A stretch of 64,000 nt of DNA from Balanoglossus misakiensis. Lineage: Eukaryota > Animalia > Hemichordata. Numbering within the stretch: position 1 is the stretch's first letter; each line of letters starts with the position of its first letter. Positions 12,526-28,500 of the stretch are shown here, piece after piece. The DNA is taken from positions 9,845,677 to 9,909,676 of the forward strand of contig CM082592.2 in NCBI GenBank assembly GCA_040954595.2, written 5' to 3'. The position numbers were made by a program, and so were the translations under genes. Under the pieces are notes generated by a model. It worked only from the letters and a program-made list of their open reading frames with translations. It did not search any database and was not told the DNA's origin.

Positions 12526-14227
12526 CATTACGCCATTTCCATGCCACAGCGAGCGAGACAGGTCACACTTTCTTACACAATTCCTTTTCTGTCCTGGATT
12601 TTATTTTACTCACAACAATCATTTGGCATTTTAGCCAAAATTTCACTTGAATTTGTCTTTTTTGGTCAATCATCTTGACGGTTGAAGCAGGGTAGCTTAT
12701 CCATTCCGGACACCTGGTACCACCTTGTGGTAATTGTCATTTTTATAATAAAAAAATCTTGGACCTATAGTAACTTGAAACAATGAGGTTGAACAAACAC
12801 ATTGGATACAGCCAACAACTAACTGGAGGTATTTCTGGAAATATGACGCCATACTTTGTGAACCGTAAAAATCTGTGACATTTATACCGTCGAGGATTTT
12901 ATATTGGCCCCTTATAATTTAGGTTCTAGGTTATCTAGTTCATTTATCTGGGTTCTACATGTACTAAGTTAGATCCATTCCTGAATGTCGTACAGTGTGT
13001 ACAGAACATTTGTAAGAGCTAGATTTCTATAAGTGATTGTTTAGAATATATACAGGTCTGTACATAGGCTGTTTTACTTTATTCTCCTGGCAACTGCGGT
13101 GACGTTATTCCATACTCACAAAGGCTAGTTTTACCCACCATTGATGTTTTAATGATACGCTTAAATTTGTGCAATGCTGGGAAATAAAAACCGAAGATGA
13201 AATTTCCGACTTGCAGGCAACGCTCGAGAACATTCGCCGTCGAAAAGTCCGTCATGATTACCGACGTTTTGTCCATGCTGAGCGATCTAAATTAACTGAC
13301 TCATTAAAATTCCATTATCGAAGCGGTGTACTCTCTGATTCACCATCAGGACAAGAGAATATAATCGTCCAAAATAGGTGCGGTTACGCGCGACACTTTA
13401 CTCGCATTTTCTTCTCAATAGGCACAGCTAGACATGTGGCCCTGTCTCCTGAAGCGCGTCGAATATTTGGGCATTGAAATTTGGATTGAAATTTGCATGC
13501 TTAGTGAGAGAAGAACATAAATAATTTCCCCTGAAAACAGATTACTAAATTGCTGTCAAAATTACTGACACGTCCCAAAATAGTTTCAGTTGTCTTTGAT
13601 ACTGTAACCACGCGTCGACATCAGCTAGAGTTTTATTCAATTTTCTTTCAGCTAAACTGACACATTTTCAGCAAACTACTACATGAATTATTATCAGTAC
13701 ATGTTCATTTTGATGTAATGTGATTAAACTTTCAATATTTCGACTTTTGAAGTTACTGAGTGTCTGATATAAAGGACATACGTTCGCTTGCCAAAGCGTT
13801 TGCAATATCACTTCAACCACTTAACACACACTTGTGCGTTGCAGACCGTAAAGTTTAAAGCAATGTTGTGAATGGTAGTATTCTATAAAGAGCACATTAC
13901 ATCAATAAAACAAAACGAACAACACTAAGGTTGCCCGTCTCCTGTGTGAAGTGATTTAATAAATGACGCGCACACCGTGACCTTTTAGAAAAGGGGAAAT
14001 CTCGTTACACGTTTGTTGTGATCGCTCAATGCTCATTGCGTGACACTGCAATCTGGTCGACTGGAGATTGCCTGTCAGATAAAAAGCTAGTGATAATACT
14101 GAGAATGATCTTAAGGAACATTTGTCGCTTTGGTCATCCTAATACGATTACAGGGGGTTATGAGGTTGAGAATGCGATATTCGCTGCTCATTTACATTTG
14201 AAAGTGAACACTGCTCAAAGTTGAAAT

Positions 14228-14257
<30 letters not shown>
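14228..14257. repeat. (ATC)n microsatellite
   Basis: About 10 ATC units read directly. Confidence 0.85.
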
Positions 14258-14258
<1 letters not shown>

Positions 14259-17200
14259 GTGTTGAATTTTTAAAAACAATTTGGGAACATTTCAAGAAGA
14301 GGAGAGAAGAGACCAATACTTTTATGACACTGGCGAGTCACCCAGAACTTTCTCGGCAAGAAAAGCGGTTTATGTACAACGAAAGAATCATATCAATTAT
14401 AATTTGTACTTTGTGTCTCGTTCTGTCGTGTTCGACACGCACAACACAATGTCTGACGAAATCAATCGCCTTCGGCATCATCGGATTGAAAACTACAGTG
14501 TGCATGCGTGGTCTTTCCCTGACCTGGTGACAAACTTTAATCTTGTACGCGTATACATGACACGTTTATTAAATGAAACAGTACACCCGGAATTTTATAC
14601 GTGCGTAGTTAAAAGAACTTGGATTAACCTACACAATCAATTAAACATATTAATACGTCTGCCACGTCAATTACGCATTATTTCTAACACACTAAATGTT
14701 GCTCTTGGTACAGTTAAGGGTAAAAGGTCATGAAGCAAGAATATCACACAGCTGTCAGTTTTGTTTGTACATGCGCCCAGGATTGGCTGTCTCAGCAATC
14801 CTAATCGGATTTTGAATAAATCTGCGCGTTTGCAGTCTCCCTTCAGGCGATGATTACTTCATTCTTTAAGTTCCCAATGATGTTATCGTGGCCCCGATGC
14901 CCTGACCAGGGAATAAGGGATGGGGGCAAGGATGTCATGGACATCATATATAGGCTTACAGAACCTCGTGTAAACATCGAAGGTTTAAAAGACAGATGGA
15001 AGTGTGACAGATGGTCCTCAACACGATACTTCGCCTCACAAACGGCCAAGGAGCGACTTCATGCACATTCCTCGTATCATTAACGGGAAGTTTTCCTAAG
15101 AAACATGAATTTGGAAACCCTAAATCTAGCACATCGCAGTGTTTTCTTGTGGCTGATTTCCTGACGTCATCTAATTAACAAATTACTACAAAACAGTATT
15201 CAGAGGATAACCAAATCTGTATCAGCAGAGAGAGAAATATCTCGTGTTTCACGGTAATGGCGAAGGCAATGGCGATGATTAACTTGTTCTAAGGAGCCAG
15301 GCACTTGAAATCCCTACTCACTGATATTCTGCACTGATATTCTGTAAGAATGTTTTTGCCATGGAAATCCGTTCGCATACAAACCTACTCTATCAGTCAT
15401 TTATTTTTTCATCATAAAATTTGACACTAATGGCCGGCTGCCTTTCGAAAGGGATAAAGATAAAATTTAAACTGCCGATACAGGAGTTGCCACTAGATAT
15501 TAATTTCATGAACTTGAATCTTACATTAAGCAACGTGATTCAATTTCCTTTTGCATTACTCCGATTAATAACGTCTGCTTTCGCATTCACCTCCATCCAA
15601 GCTTATGATTTGTGTTTATAAATAGATAGACACGCGAGAAACATTAAGAATTGTGGGCCCACGCTTGAGTGTTTACAGCCAACGATGCGGTTGTGACGCA
15701 AGCGTTCGATTGATATTATTTTCAATTTGTGAAATAACAAAGGTAGAGGGGTACAAGATATCGGCTCGTGACGTTTAATCTATCAATGATAGAAAATATT
15801 ACGGATTAACCTTTCCATCGATCTGTGATGTCACATAATCAGTGTATATCCTTTTCATCTTGTATTGGGCCCGGTAATGTAATAATCGTAATAATTAATA
15901 GACATTTATACATTCAGCCTATCTGGTGTAGAAATATTCACCCCCAAACTGAATCAAAGATTTCGGAGAAAGAACAAGAATTTTTGCGGCAAAATTGGAG
16001 GAGATATATTTTTTTCGGTCCATTTAATGGACGCGCAGTTGTTGCCAAGCTCCGTTACTATAGACTGTCATGAGTGTTTTCCAATGAAGAGAATTACCAG
16101 TGATTCGTCACGTTCTTTCTACAATGTCGACATTCCGAGTGTTCGATGTACGTGCCCAAGCAGTGATGGCCGCTAGGAATTGTAATAACTGCGGGTAAAT
16201 TTTCCTATAGATGTTGTTGATTGTATGCATTTTTGCGAACTTTCTTGCTGTCATAAGACGGCAGTTTCGTGACCATTCGTGAAATAAATCGCTTTCTAGA
16301 CCAAATAGAAGTAAATATTTTTACTGCCAGGGATCCTTACCATCATCAACCATGTATCGGCTTTGTATACTTTATAAAAACAATTATACACAATCACATC
16401 CCACGGGATTGGGTGAATTGCGTTGATTGTTCGTTAAAATGAAATCAGTCTAGGGAGGTCTGAATAATGACCCTGGACCAAAATGAAATGAAATGAAATG
16501 ATGGCTATTTCGGATCACAATTTCACATGCACATGTCAATACAAATTGACGTTCAAGATCATTTCATGGTACATTGTGCTAATTTTCAACAAAATTGGTT
16601 CGGCCATGCCTAAGAGTTTATATGAAAAAAATAGGTTACGGCTGCTCGGTACTATATTGGCTCAAACAACGAGATATGTTCATCCGAGAAAACGACCTCT
16701 TATTGAATTCAGAATATGCAGGCAATTAGAGGCAATTGACATTTAGACCTACCGAGATCGGCTGTCTAAACGAGACACACTGTTTGTTCATCAGTCCGTG
16801 TTATCCTTCAAGAGAGACCCTGATGTGAACAAATTGTAAAATAGAAAGTTCAGCCGCAATAATTCGGTACGTGCATGGCCGTATACATGGTAAACATGTA
16901 TACATCATCTTGGTAAGTAATTTTAAAATAAGCAGGACAATATCAAAATTATGGGAAAACTATAGCTTACAAACTAATGGCGTAGCCTCGTGTTGAGCAA
17001 CGCAGCAGTAAATGCAGTGTCGCTAAAATTACCCAAATATTGTAATATCACATTGCTTCTCTCATACTCTGGTGAAGGCCAGGTCGAGATGTTATTGATA
17101 CTATTAAATCGAAAGTAGAAATGACCTTGTCTTTCGTACTTGATATTACAAATGCATATTGATGAGACGGAAAACAAGCGGTATCTTCAAAAACACTGGA

Positions 17201-20200
17201 TGACTTTTCTGAAAACCAAGTGGCCCGACAAAACGGTAGGTGTTTTTTGGCATTTCCGTTACAATTTAAAGCCATCGATATTATTGCACTTATTTGTGAC
17301 GCCACAAAACGATTTATATCTATGGATTCAGATAATGACAATCCTATTCAATTTCCCGCTAAAGCAATTTCAGCCTAAACGAAAGAACGACAAACAACAT
17401 CCTTGACAGGAACAGTGCAGAACAATACCGACAATGCGTCAAATAAAGGACAGATAGACAGTGAGTCATTGGAGAAGTGAAGAGTAAAAAGCCTCAGACG
17501 GGGTTCCCGTCAAACAAATGGCAGGTTCAACCAATTCGATGGTTAGGATGAGTACGCGTCCTCGACAGAATACATAACGACCTTAGAAAACGAAAAAAAT
17601 ATACGGACTCATCGAATATTGCTTCTTAAATGAAATGAGATTATACCTAAACAAAAAAAGAATACGTTTCTCCATAAATGCCAACAATAAAACATTCACT
17701 TACTGGATTTATTTCCCAATATAACTTACAACGAGATGATGTTAATGAAGATCTAGTTCCTCACCGTGTGTCACAGTCATAATAATGAAGCCATTTAAGT
17801 GCATTAACGACAGAGCATTCGCAAAAACAATTACATCAATAAAATTCACTTTACTCGGAATACAACTGATCGTCTTTGTCCTGTGTTTCTAAAAACCGCC
17901 ATTACACGCGGAAAGCCTTAACATTTAGAGAACATGATGATGATATCAGGACTTGCGTGATCTTATCAATACGTATACGTGAATGCCCCACCACGACTGT
18001 TGACTTATGTGAAATACAAATGATGAATTTCATAATCAGGGAAAAACAGACATGGTGTTCCGGACACAAACTCAGTCGGTAGAAAGCTATAAAAAGACAG
18101 GAATGAAAAGTGCTACCGTGGTTTGCGTGACTGGGACTTCCTCGGGAACGGACACAATAGTTAGATTAAAAGAATGTTTTTATCGTTGACGACTGCATGT
18201 CTGTCATGCCATTTGATCGTCAGTCTGTTGTCATTGAATGATGACGCCTAGTATTTTTTATTGAAAAACAATATTTGACTAATGATAGACAACCTGAGGC
18301 TTGTCAGGTTCAAATTTCGCAAGATCTCCTGCGCGAAATCCATCGATCGCGATCACTGCTGCCGTTTGAGTGCCTGTCTCTAGCAATTTCTTTCATCGCA
18401 GAGAAACCAGTGTTGCCATAGAAACGGTACAATATGTTGGAACTAGGCGAGATTGGAGAATCATTCAATGTGTGCAGCTTTCCCACTGAGAAATTACCGA
18501 CAAACACAATCCTGTCGTCTATATTCTGCAAATTGCCCACATTTTCACTTCGACGCCCGGGTGGGAGTGAAATCTTTGAATAGGCGAACATCACATGTGA
18601 ACATTACTCTAAAGTTCAAATAAGGTCGACGTGTAAAAAGTATGCATCGCTTGGTAATATCCAATTTCAGATCCACTGTATGGTTTTTAATGTGAACATA
18701 TTGCAAATATATTATATCAACCACGGGCTTACGTGAATTGCTGCCTGTTTTTCGAATTTTATTTGGATTTATTATTCTGCTCTTCTTTTGTGTTCCAAAA
18801 GTTCGTGTATAGTTTCTCTCGCTCCCTCCCCCTTTCTCAGTTTTGAAGGTGCGCATAAAGCAATTTTTACGGCAGATATGATACTTGTGTTATTTCATTT
18901 TTTTCTGCTTGGCGTGCATTTACGTATACAGTGACGTCAGCGCAGTAATCGGTTTTTGCAGAAATCTTTGTTGATGGCGCGGCGCGTCTGAGAGCCAAAT
19001 GTGAAATGTAACCTCATCTCCAACACGAAATTTGCATCTTAATATCAGAAACGCATGAAAACACGTTTTTTTATTAAGAGGGACTTTGAGGCGTCATAGA
19101 ATGACCTTATTTGTGGGCATCGTGCATTAGTAAGCCATGGTTAAACTGAAATAGTGCAAATAGCTTATTCGCTATATGATTTTCTCAGAATTTTGGTTTA
19201 AGCTTATAATACACGTACACAAAGCCGCACCGACGACGTTTCACAATGAGATAAATTCATGTTACTATGTTGTTACTTTTATTCCCCTGATGCTCTTCTC
19301 ACTCGAGCAGACTGTTTTTGTGTAGCACATCATGGTTTTGTGACAACAACACATATCACTGGACATTACTTTACCGCAAGAACGTGTGGCCACGTATAAA
19401 GACCATAGAAGAACTGATTTGGAAGGAAATTCACATTACGAACCTCACACGCTACCTTAAACTACATAAACTCCATCTAAAGATCACAACATGAAAGGAA
19501 ATAGAACAGTCAGACAGAAGAGATGGTCATATCAGCCCCAAAACCATATGGTGTGTAGTTGTAATGAGTTTCATGTAACGTATTAGTTCAGAATAATGTG
19601 ATTACAAAAGCTTTACGATGCCATCAATACCCCTGCGTTAGATAAGGTGGTTTAAATCCCTAGTGCGACGGTTAAAATTGGTAATAAAGTGACAGATTAA
19701 AATTATTTTCAGAAATATAGTCTGCAGAAACTTTCCAAATTGTCCATTCAGTGACCTTAGAAAGTCGCGGCTCTGGTAGTCATCCGACTACTTAATTAAT
19801 AATATGCGCGTGCATCTGACCTATGACCTTAATTTGCATTAATTTTAAAAAGCATCCCATGTACAGGATAGGATAGAATAGGAGATGAATGACATATGGG
19901 AGGAATTTAATGGGAATCCCTTACTTGAAAATCCGCTCTGTTGCGCATATTATCATGATATATAACGACTACTTTCGCGCTGGGGGAAAATGTGAGAAAA
20001 TAAATGAAACTTACCTTGCCAGAAAGGCCTGTATAACATCAAGATATTCCAGCTCTCGTGTCCGGCATGTCTCCCACCACGCGTTCCACACTGACGCTCC
20101 CACCCGGTAGAATTGTGCACAGTTCACGGAAGATTGGAAACTTTCACGTTCCTGTTTTCCCATAAGTTTAACATCTTCTCCGTTATCCAGTGGTATCGGG

Positions 20201-21775
20201 TTGTCACACACACACAAACGCGTTCCACTTCGCTTGGGTAATCTGTATCGGAGATATCCAAATATACGTCCATATTAGTGGCGTGACTGGAACACACTGA
20301 TATGCACGTGGCCTGGCAAACTGATGTGCACCTGGATTAGTGCAGTCAGATTGTTAGCCAATGAGAGAGCTATATTATGCCATGCTATTGTGTCAGAATT
20401 AACATCCACAATAACACCAGGTGTATAAAGGTACGATGTATATTGATGAGCTGATAGCCGCACAACTAGACCATGACACTTTAAATATTTAAATATTAAT
20501 GAATTTTATAATACCGAAATATTCAACTCTATCTACTGTCAGCTCGTGGTGAAGACTCATTACAAGTTTGAGCATGCTCCCTGCACTTAGAGATAAAACA
20601 AACGACGGCACAGGAAAAGTTGCTATGGTTATTGCCCTACTTCCGCGAGGTCGCACACATGTCCCGACACCCATCAGTACATGGACGGCCTGCTAAGCTT
20701 ACGAGTTTTCTTCGAGATGACCAATCATGCGAAATAGATGCATACACGTGCTTGTGTTATAAATGTGTGTTTATAGACGCTTCTGCCTTTAATGGTTTCC
20801 CGTCGATGTTGCTATTAGTATTACTCCTCTACACTCTGTATATCCCAATCTTCGCCGAGCAATCTCAGGCATGTTGTCGGCAAAGATGCAAAGACATTGC
20901 TTTCATTAGATGGGTTCTTAATAAGCGCAGTACACGACTTCTTTCTTGGTACATTGTTTGTGTATATTAAGTGTTTTTCTGTCGCGTTTCTGACCGTCTA
21001 GTGACCTCCTCAGCAAAGGCGAGCTAATGCGTTTACATAGAACATATCTGTTTGTCTAACATCCGTGATGTCTGTTCTTGCGTTGCTCTTGACGACTATA
21101 TTTTGTTCAAACGCGTTTCCGCGCATTACTACAGGATCTAATCACGACTCTCACCTTGTAAATTCATCGTTGAAAATTTACACAAGTTCTCGCTACCCTA
21201 GAGAAATATTGTGTTTTGATGGGCATGAGTTATTTCCCTCCCAGAAACTTGTATGAATTAAACATGAGAGTTCAATTGAACATTTTCTCGTACACATGTT
21301 TTGCCTTCAATTATTAAAGGAAAGTAAAGCGATAACATACTACAAAATTCGTACTATGCTAAAATATTGATTCCAGGAGTGTACCCAACATATCTGTTTT
21401 CATTGGGTTTTTTTCTAGACTTTTCAAAATCCGTCGCCTGGTGGCACACAGCATATTGTGAAATGATAATTTTACTGTATAATTCAGCATAACCGCGACA
21501 CGCAACGTCATCGTTTAAAAACGAAGGAATTCACAAATAAGACCGCCCAGTGGCGTTCAATGACGTCATCATATTAGGGCATTCCGACTGAACGTCACTG
21601 ATCAGAATGGCAAGTGTTGTACGTACATTCGCAATTGTGGGTCTTTGTGACAGCGTTGATGCCAAATAATAAAATATTGGCACAGTCTAACTTACGAAGC
21701 AAGTTCTGTGAATGAAACCACTTGTTCTTTTCAACGTTCAATCAAAACTGGTGAAATTGCCACCTCTATCGCCAA

Positions 21776-21847
21776 TCCTCGATAGTATAGTGGTGAGTAT
21801 CTCCGCCTGTCACGCGGAAGACCGGGGTTCAATTCCCCGTCGGGGAG
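21776..21847 (+). tRNA. tRNA-Asp-GTC: tRNA-Asp (anticodon GTC)
   Basis: 72 nt TCCTCGATAGTATAGTGGTGAGTATCTCCGCCTGTCACGCGGAAGACCGGGGTTCAATTCCCCGTCGGGGAG. Acceptor stem TCCTCGA/TCGGGGA, anticodon stem TCCGC/GCGGA around loop CTGTCAC, T-arm CGGGG-TTCAATT-CCCCG. Near-identical to the canonical eukaryotic tRNA-Asp. Confidence 0.97.
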
Positions 21848-21855
21848 GCTAAATC

Positions 21856-21860
21856 TTTTT
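21856..21860 (+). terminator. RNA polymerase III terminator (T5) for tRNA-Asp
   Basis: TTTTT 8 nt after the tRNA 3' end, followed by further T runs. Confidence 0.75.
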
Positions 21861-22349
21861 CCTTCATTTTTTCGAGCAAAGCTGAATAACATTTGATATG
21901 ACCCTAACTCTTTTTTTTTTCACGACCAACTTTATCCACTTTATGGGGTATGCGGATGCAAGGAAAGTTACATTATAAGTAGGTCTCCCTACAGGAATTC
22001 TACTATTTTGCATACTAGTATCATTCAAATTTCTTTTATGATACCATTTAATAATCATAACAGTACACAGTCAGAAATACTTAACATTCCAATCACCAGA
22101 AAATACACAATTAAATAAAATCATACAATAGTAAAACTGTGCGATATCTATACTAGTAAATATATATGTTCTCAAAGCCCAATAAAAATAAGTAAATTAT
22201 ATTGCAATTATTCTGACATATTATACATTATAAGCGCAGTTTATTTGTTGACCAGCTTGCACTTATGAGGAACAATACCTGAGTGGTATTGTGGAGTTTG
22301 CACTTATATATGCTTTCAACAAATCATCCGAGTTTAAGGTAACTTCAAT

Positions 22350-24967
<2,618 letters not shown>

Positions 24968-25507
24968 TTTGAAAACAACAACACAGGCGGTCGAAAGGGG
25001 GCGTGGTCATTCCCGTACACGTCACGGACAGATCTGCTGCGTTGCGTTGTACCTCAATAGAAGTTCGCAGTTTTATCACAGTGTGTACTGACAATCGCAA
25101 AATCTCCATCAAGATATCTATATTCAAAGATATTTCGAGTGAATGTGTGAAATTAAATTCAAAGACTCTGTCAAGGACTTGCGTTAATATGACTTTGCCC
25201 GTCCAAAACAAAAATCGTCAAGGGGAGTCGCGGGGCTACAAAACTGCAGCAAGTTGTGACTATGTCTTACAGTCCACACCCGCCCTTTGCACAGGTTTAG
25301 ATTAAAACTCATCACATTTGTAATTTGCGTGTCATTGGAAATTCTTTCACGCATATCTAGGTCATACAAAGTGGCACCCGGGCGCACGTGACCTGGGTGC
25401 CCCGTGTGGGCGTGTCTGTATACACAGTGTAAGGCATCCATATTGTTGTACAACAGAGAATTTCTGGGGAAACCCCGGAAGGTTCAGAATTAAACTTTCC
25501 CGCGAAA
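24968..25507. promoter_or_regulatory. CpG-rich bidirectional promoter between RNF215 and FAAH copy 1
   Basis: Divergent ATGs 540 bp apart. GC-box GGGGGCGTGG 24997-25006, E-box GCACGTGACC 25384-25393, E2F-like TTTCCCGCGAAA 25496-25507, and YY1-like AAAATGGCTG over the RNF215 ATG. Confidence 0.7.
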
Positions 25508-28500
25508 ATGTCGTCCCAGCTGGAATGGCTCGACGCAGTCCTTGGAAGATGGGGAGTAGAAAAGTTAGCGGCCGTTCTACTCGTTGTGGCGGGAGGTATT
25601 TACATGGGCAAGACAGCTTCCAACCGGAGGAAAAAGATGCTGATGCTTCGCGATGAGGCGCTCGACAGACGACAAAATGCAGCGGACATGAAAATCGCAT
25701 TGACTGAAAAGTTGCACACGGAAGATCCGGTAATATATTGTCCGTTGATTTCCATGCACATTGATCAAGTAATATGTTACGCACTATTGCCAAAATAAGC
25801 ATTAAACATTTATATCCATACATTGTTTTAATTGTGTATTGTGTGCAATTGACCACTGATGAGTCATGCATGGTCTGTGTTGTGTGTTTCATGTTGTAAT
25901 CGACAAAAGATAAGCGAAATCAATATGTGCGACACTATCATACTATACTTGTCTGATTTTTTCTTGCTAGAGAATATAGTGTAACTGTAGTTATTATAAT
26001 GTGTAGTATTTGGTCACAGGATGGTCATGCAGGTTTTGTTTACATCCCGGGGTGTACCTTTAACACATTGAAAAAGGAACCCATTTATTTAAAACACCTT
26101 TACTATTGCATCATTTATGAGAAAAATATGTAAATTAGATATGAATATCGATTTTGCTTGAACATTCATTGTGGCTCCAAATGATTTTATTGATTAATAT
26201 GTATGATTAAAAGTTTCATATTTGCCCATTTACCCCTTCTGTCTAAGGGACTGGTCAGTTTCTTCGGGGGGGGGGGGGGGGGGGGTATTCTATTTTGAGA
26301 GTGACCCCCCCCCCAATAATTATACTTATCTAGAACTTAAGCAAACAAAAGTTTACCTTAGATATTAGATATGCTAATTAGTCAGTGGATGAAATTTCAC
26401 TGAATTTTTGGGGTCTGTGTTATTTTTCAGGTTATACTAACGTCACGGCGGAAGATCATTGCCATGACAACCAGTGAACTCAGTGCAGCTTTGAAATCAG
26501 GTGAACTGACAGCTGTGCAGGTACTTCATGCTTATCAGGCAAAGGTGAGTTACCGGGTAATATTCGGAGGGATACTGGCAGCGCATATAATGTATCGAGG
26601 ATGACAATTGTGACACCTGCATTAAAACTGCAATGCATTGTGGAATAGGAAATTGAAGCATTTAGACCTGGATATTGGGATTTACATTAAATGGCACATT
26701 TTTGTCACCCCAGGCACTGGATTGTACAAGCCAGGTAAACTGTGTCACTGAGCCAATCATGGAAGCGGAGGTAAGGGTCATGAACTCTGTCAGGCTGTAC
26801 AGTACAAACGGCCATATTTAACCTCTGACCCAGTTAACGTTAGACTGGCCTGGTTGTAACAGTAGCTGTATGGAGAGTAAAGCCAACGAAAACAATATAG
26901 CAATTTCTCTAAGTGACTAACCTATCATGTTGCATGCTGTGTAGGAAATCTAGCCAGTCAGCTGCATATTGGTGGAGATCGTATTTTATCTAAAACAAAC
27001 AGAGATTGCATTCACACATTCCCCAAAACAATGAAGTACTGAATATGAAAGTTCCTTAAAATGATATTCTGTTGGAATTGGACTTTTGATAAATTGACAG
27101 GAATGGGCTGAAGAGTTGGACAGATGTTCGGAGAAGAGGGGTCTGATGCATGGGATTCCTTTCAGTGTCAAAGAAAGTCTAAACATCACAGTAAGTGAGA
27201 GACAATTTAGTTTGATGCGTCACAGTTTGTGACCAGAACCGATACACAATGCACGGTTTCTTGTAAGCTTCTTACAAGTTTCTTATAAGTTTCTTACAAG
27301 TTTCTTACAAGTTAAGTTAGTTGCAAACATCAATATATCTGCAGGGTTTCACCAGTTTGGTATTTTTACATTTATAAATCCATGTTTGAATTTCACCCAG
27401 GGGTATGATTGTAACTTTGGCATATCAAAGTATATTGATAAAGTGGTTGAAGAAGACCATGTTATTGTGCAGGTCTTGAAAAAGCAAGGTGGTGTTCCAT
27501 TCATGAGGACAAATCTGCCCCAAACTATGATGAGGTAAGCAGAAAATTTGTATTTTCAGTGTGTGTTTCATCAAGGTGAACAAACACTATAAATATTTCA
27601 AACGAATTCGTGTTTTGTTTGTGCTAGGGAGATATTCATTGAAGTTTGCTAGAACTTTGAATTTACCATTCATATTGTATTAAATCTGTCTTTTTCATTA
27701 CATTTTATAGTTACTCGTGCAGCAATCCTATTTATGGAGAAACTTACAATCCGTACGACTGTGAAAGATCTCCAGGGGGCTCTTCCGGAGGGGAGGGTGC
27801 TCTGATTGGAATGCATGGATCTCTGATCGGATTTGGTTCCGACATCGCTGGCAGTGTTCGCATACCGGCTCATTTCTGTGGGATCTGTTCACTGAAACCC
27901 ACCAAGGGTAGGGTTAGGTAGGTCTCGTAGGAGAATCAGCATTAATTTTGCTGCATTAATAATATTCCATTGAAATCTAGAAATCTTATTAATTGATCCA
28001 TTCATGGTGGATGAAATTATTTATTACCAGTACTCTCACATTTATTTTTTGTACAGTGGCAAAGGTGAACCAAATGTCATAGCTGGACAAAAAGGATGTG
28101 AGTAATCAAATTAAGTCACTATTAAAATTGTGTTGATTAACAGACACAAGAGGCCACTATACTTCAATAAGGGGGCCATTTGTAATAGCGACAAAAGCTT
28201 ACACTTTGAAAATTTCTCAACTGAGAGAACTATTTTTTTACAGTGGCTTCGGTGAATGGAGTGATGGCCCGTGATGTGGATGGAATTGTCTTGGCCATGA
28301 GAACTTTACTCCAGCCAGAAATGTTCAAACTGGATTGTACATTGGCGCCCATACCCTTCAATGAAGAGGTAAAAAAATCACATCAAGATACAGTGTTATT
28401 TGAATTTTCTATCTCCCAACATAAAACTGGGGATTAAACTTTTCTTTCTGTTTTTCCAGGTTTATTCCAGTGGCCACTCTCTCACTGTCGGTTATTATGA

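Noticed and set aside
11224-12528. Long alternative-frame and antisense ORFs (122, 224, 162 aa) over the receptor
   Set aside because: Expected shadows of a GC3-rich coding sequence, with no recognisable motifs.
18068-18090. tRNA A-box-like CTCAGTCGGTAGA
   Set aside because: No B-box or cloverleaf follows, so it is not a supportable tRNA or SINE.
18460-18500. SFPTEK translation reminiscent of a THAP domain
   Set aside because: The required Trp and C2CH residues are absent.
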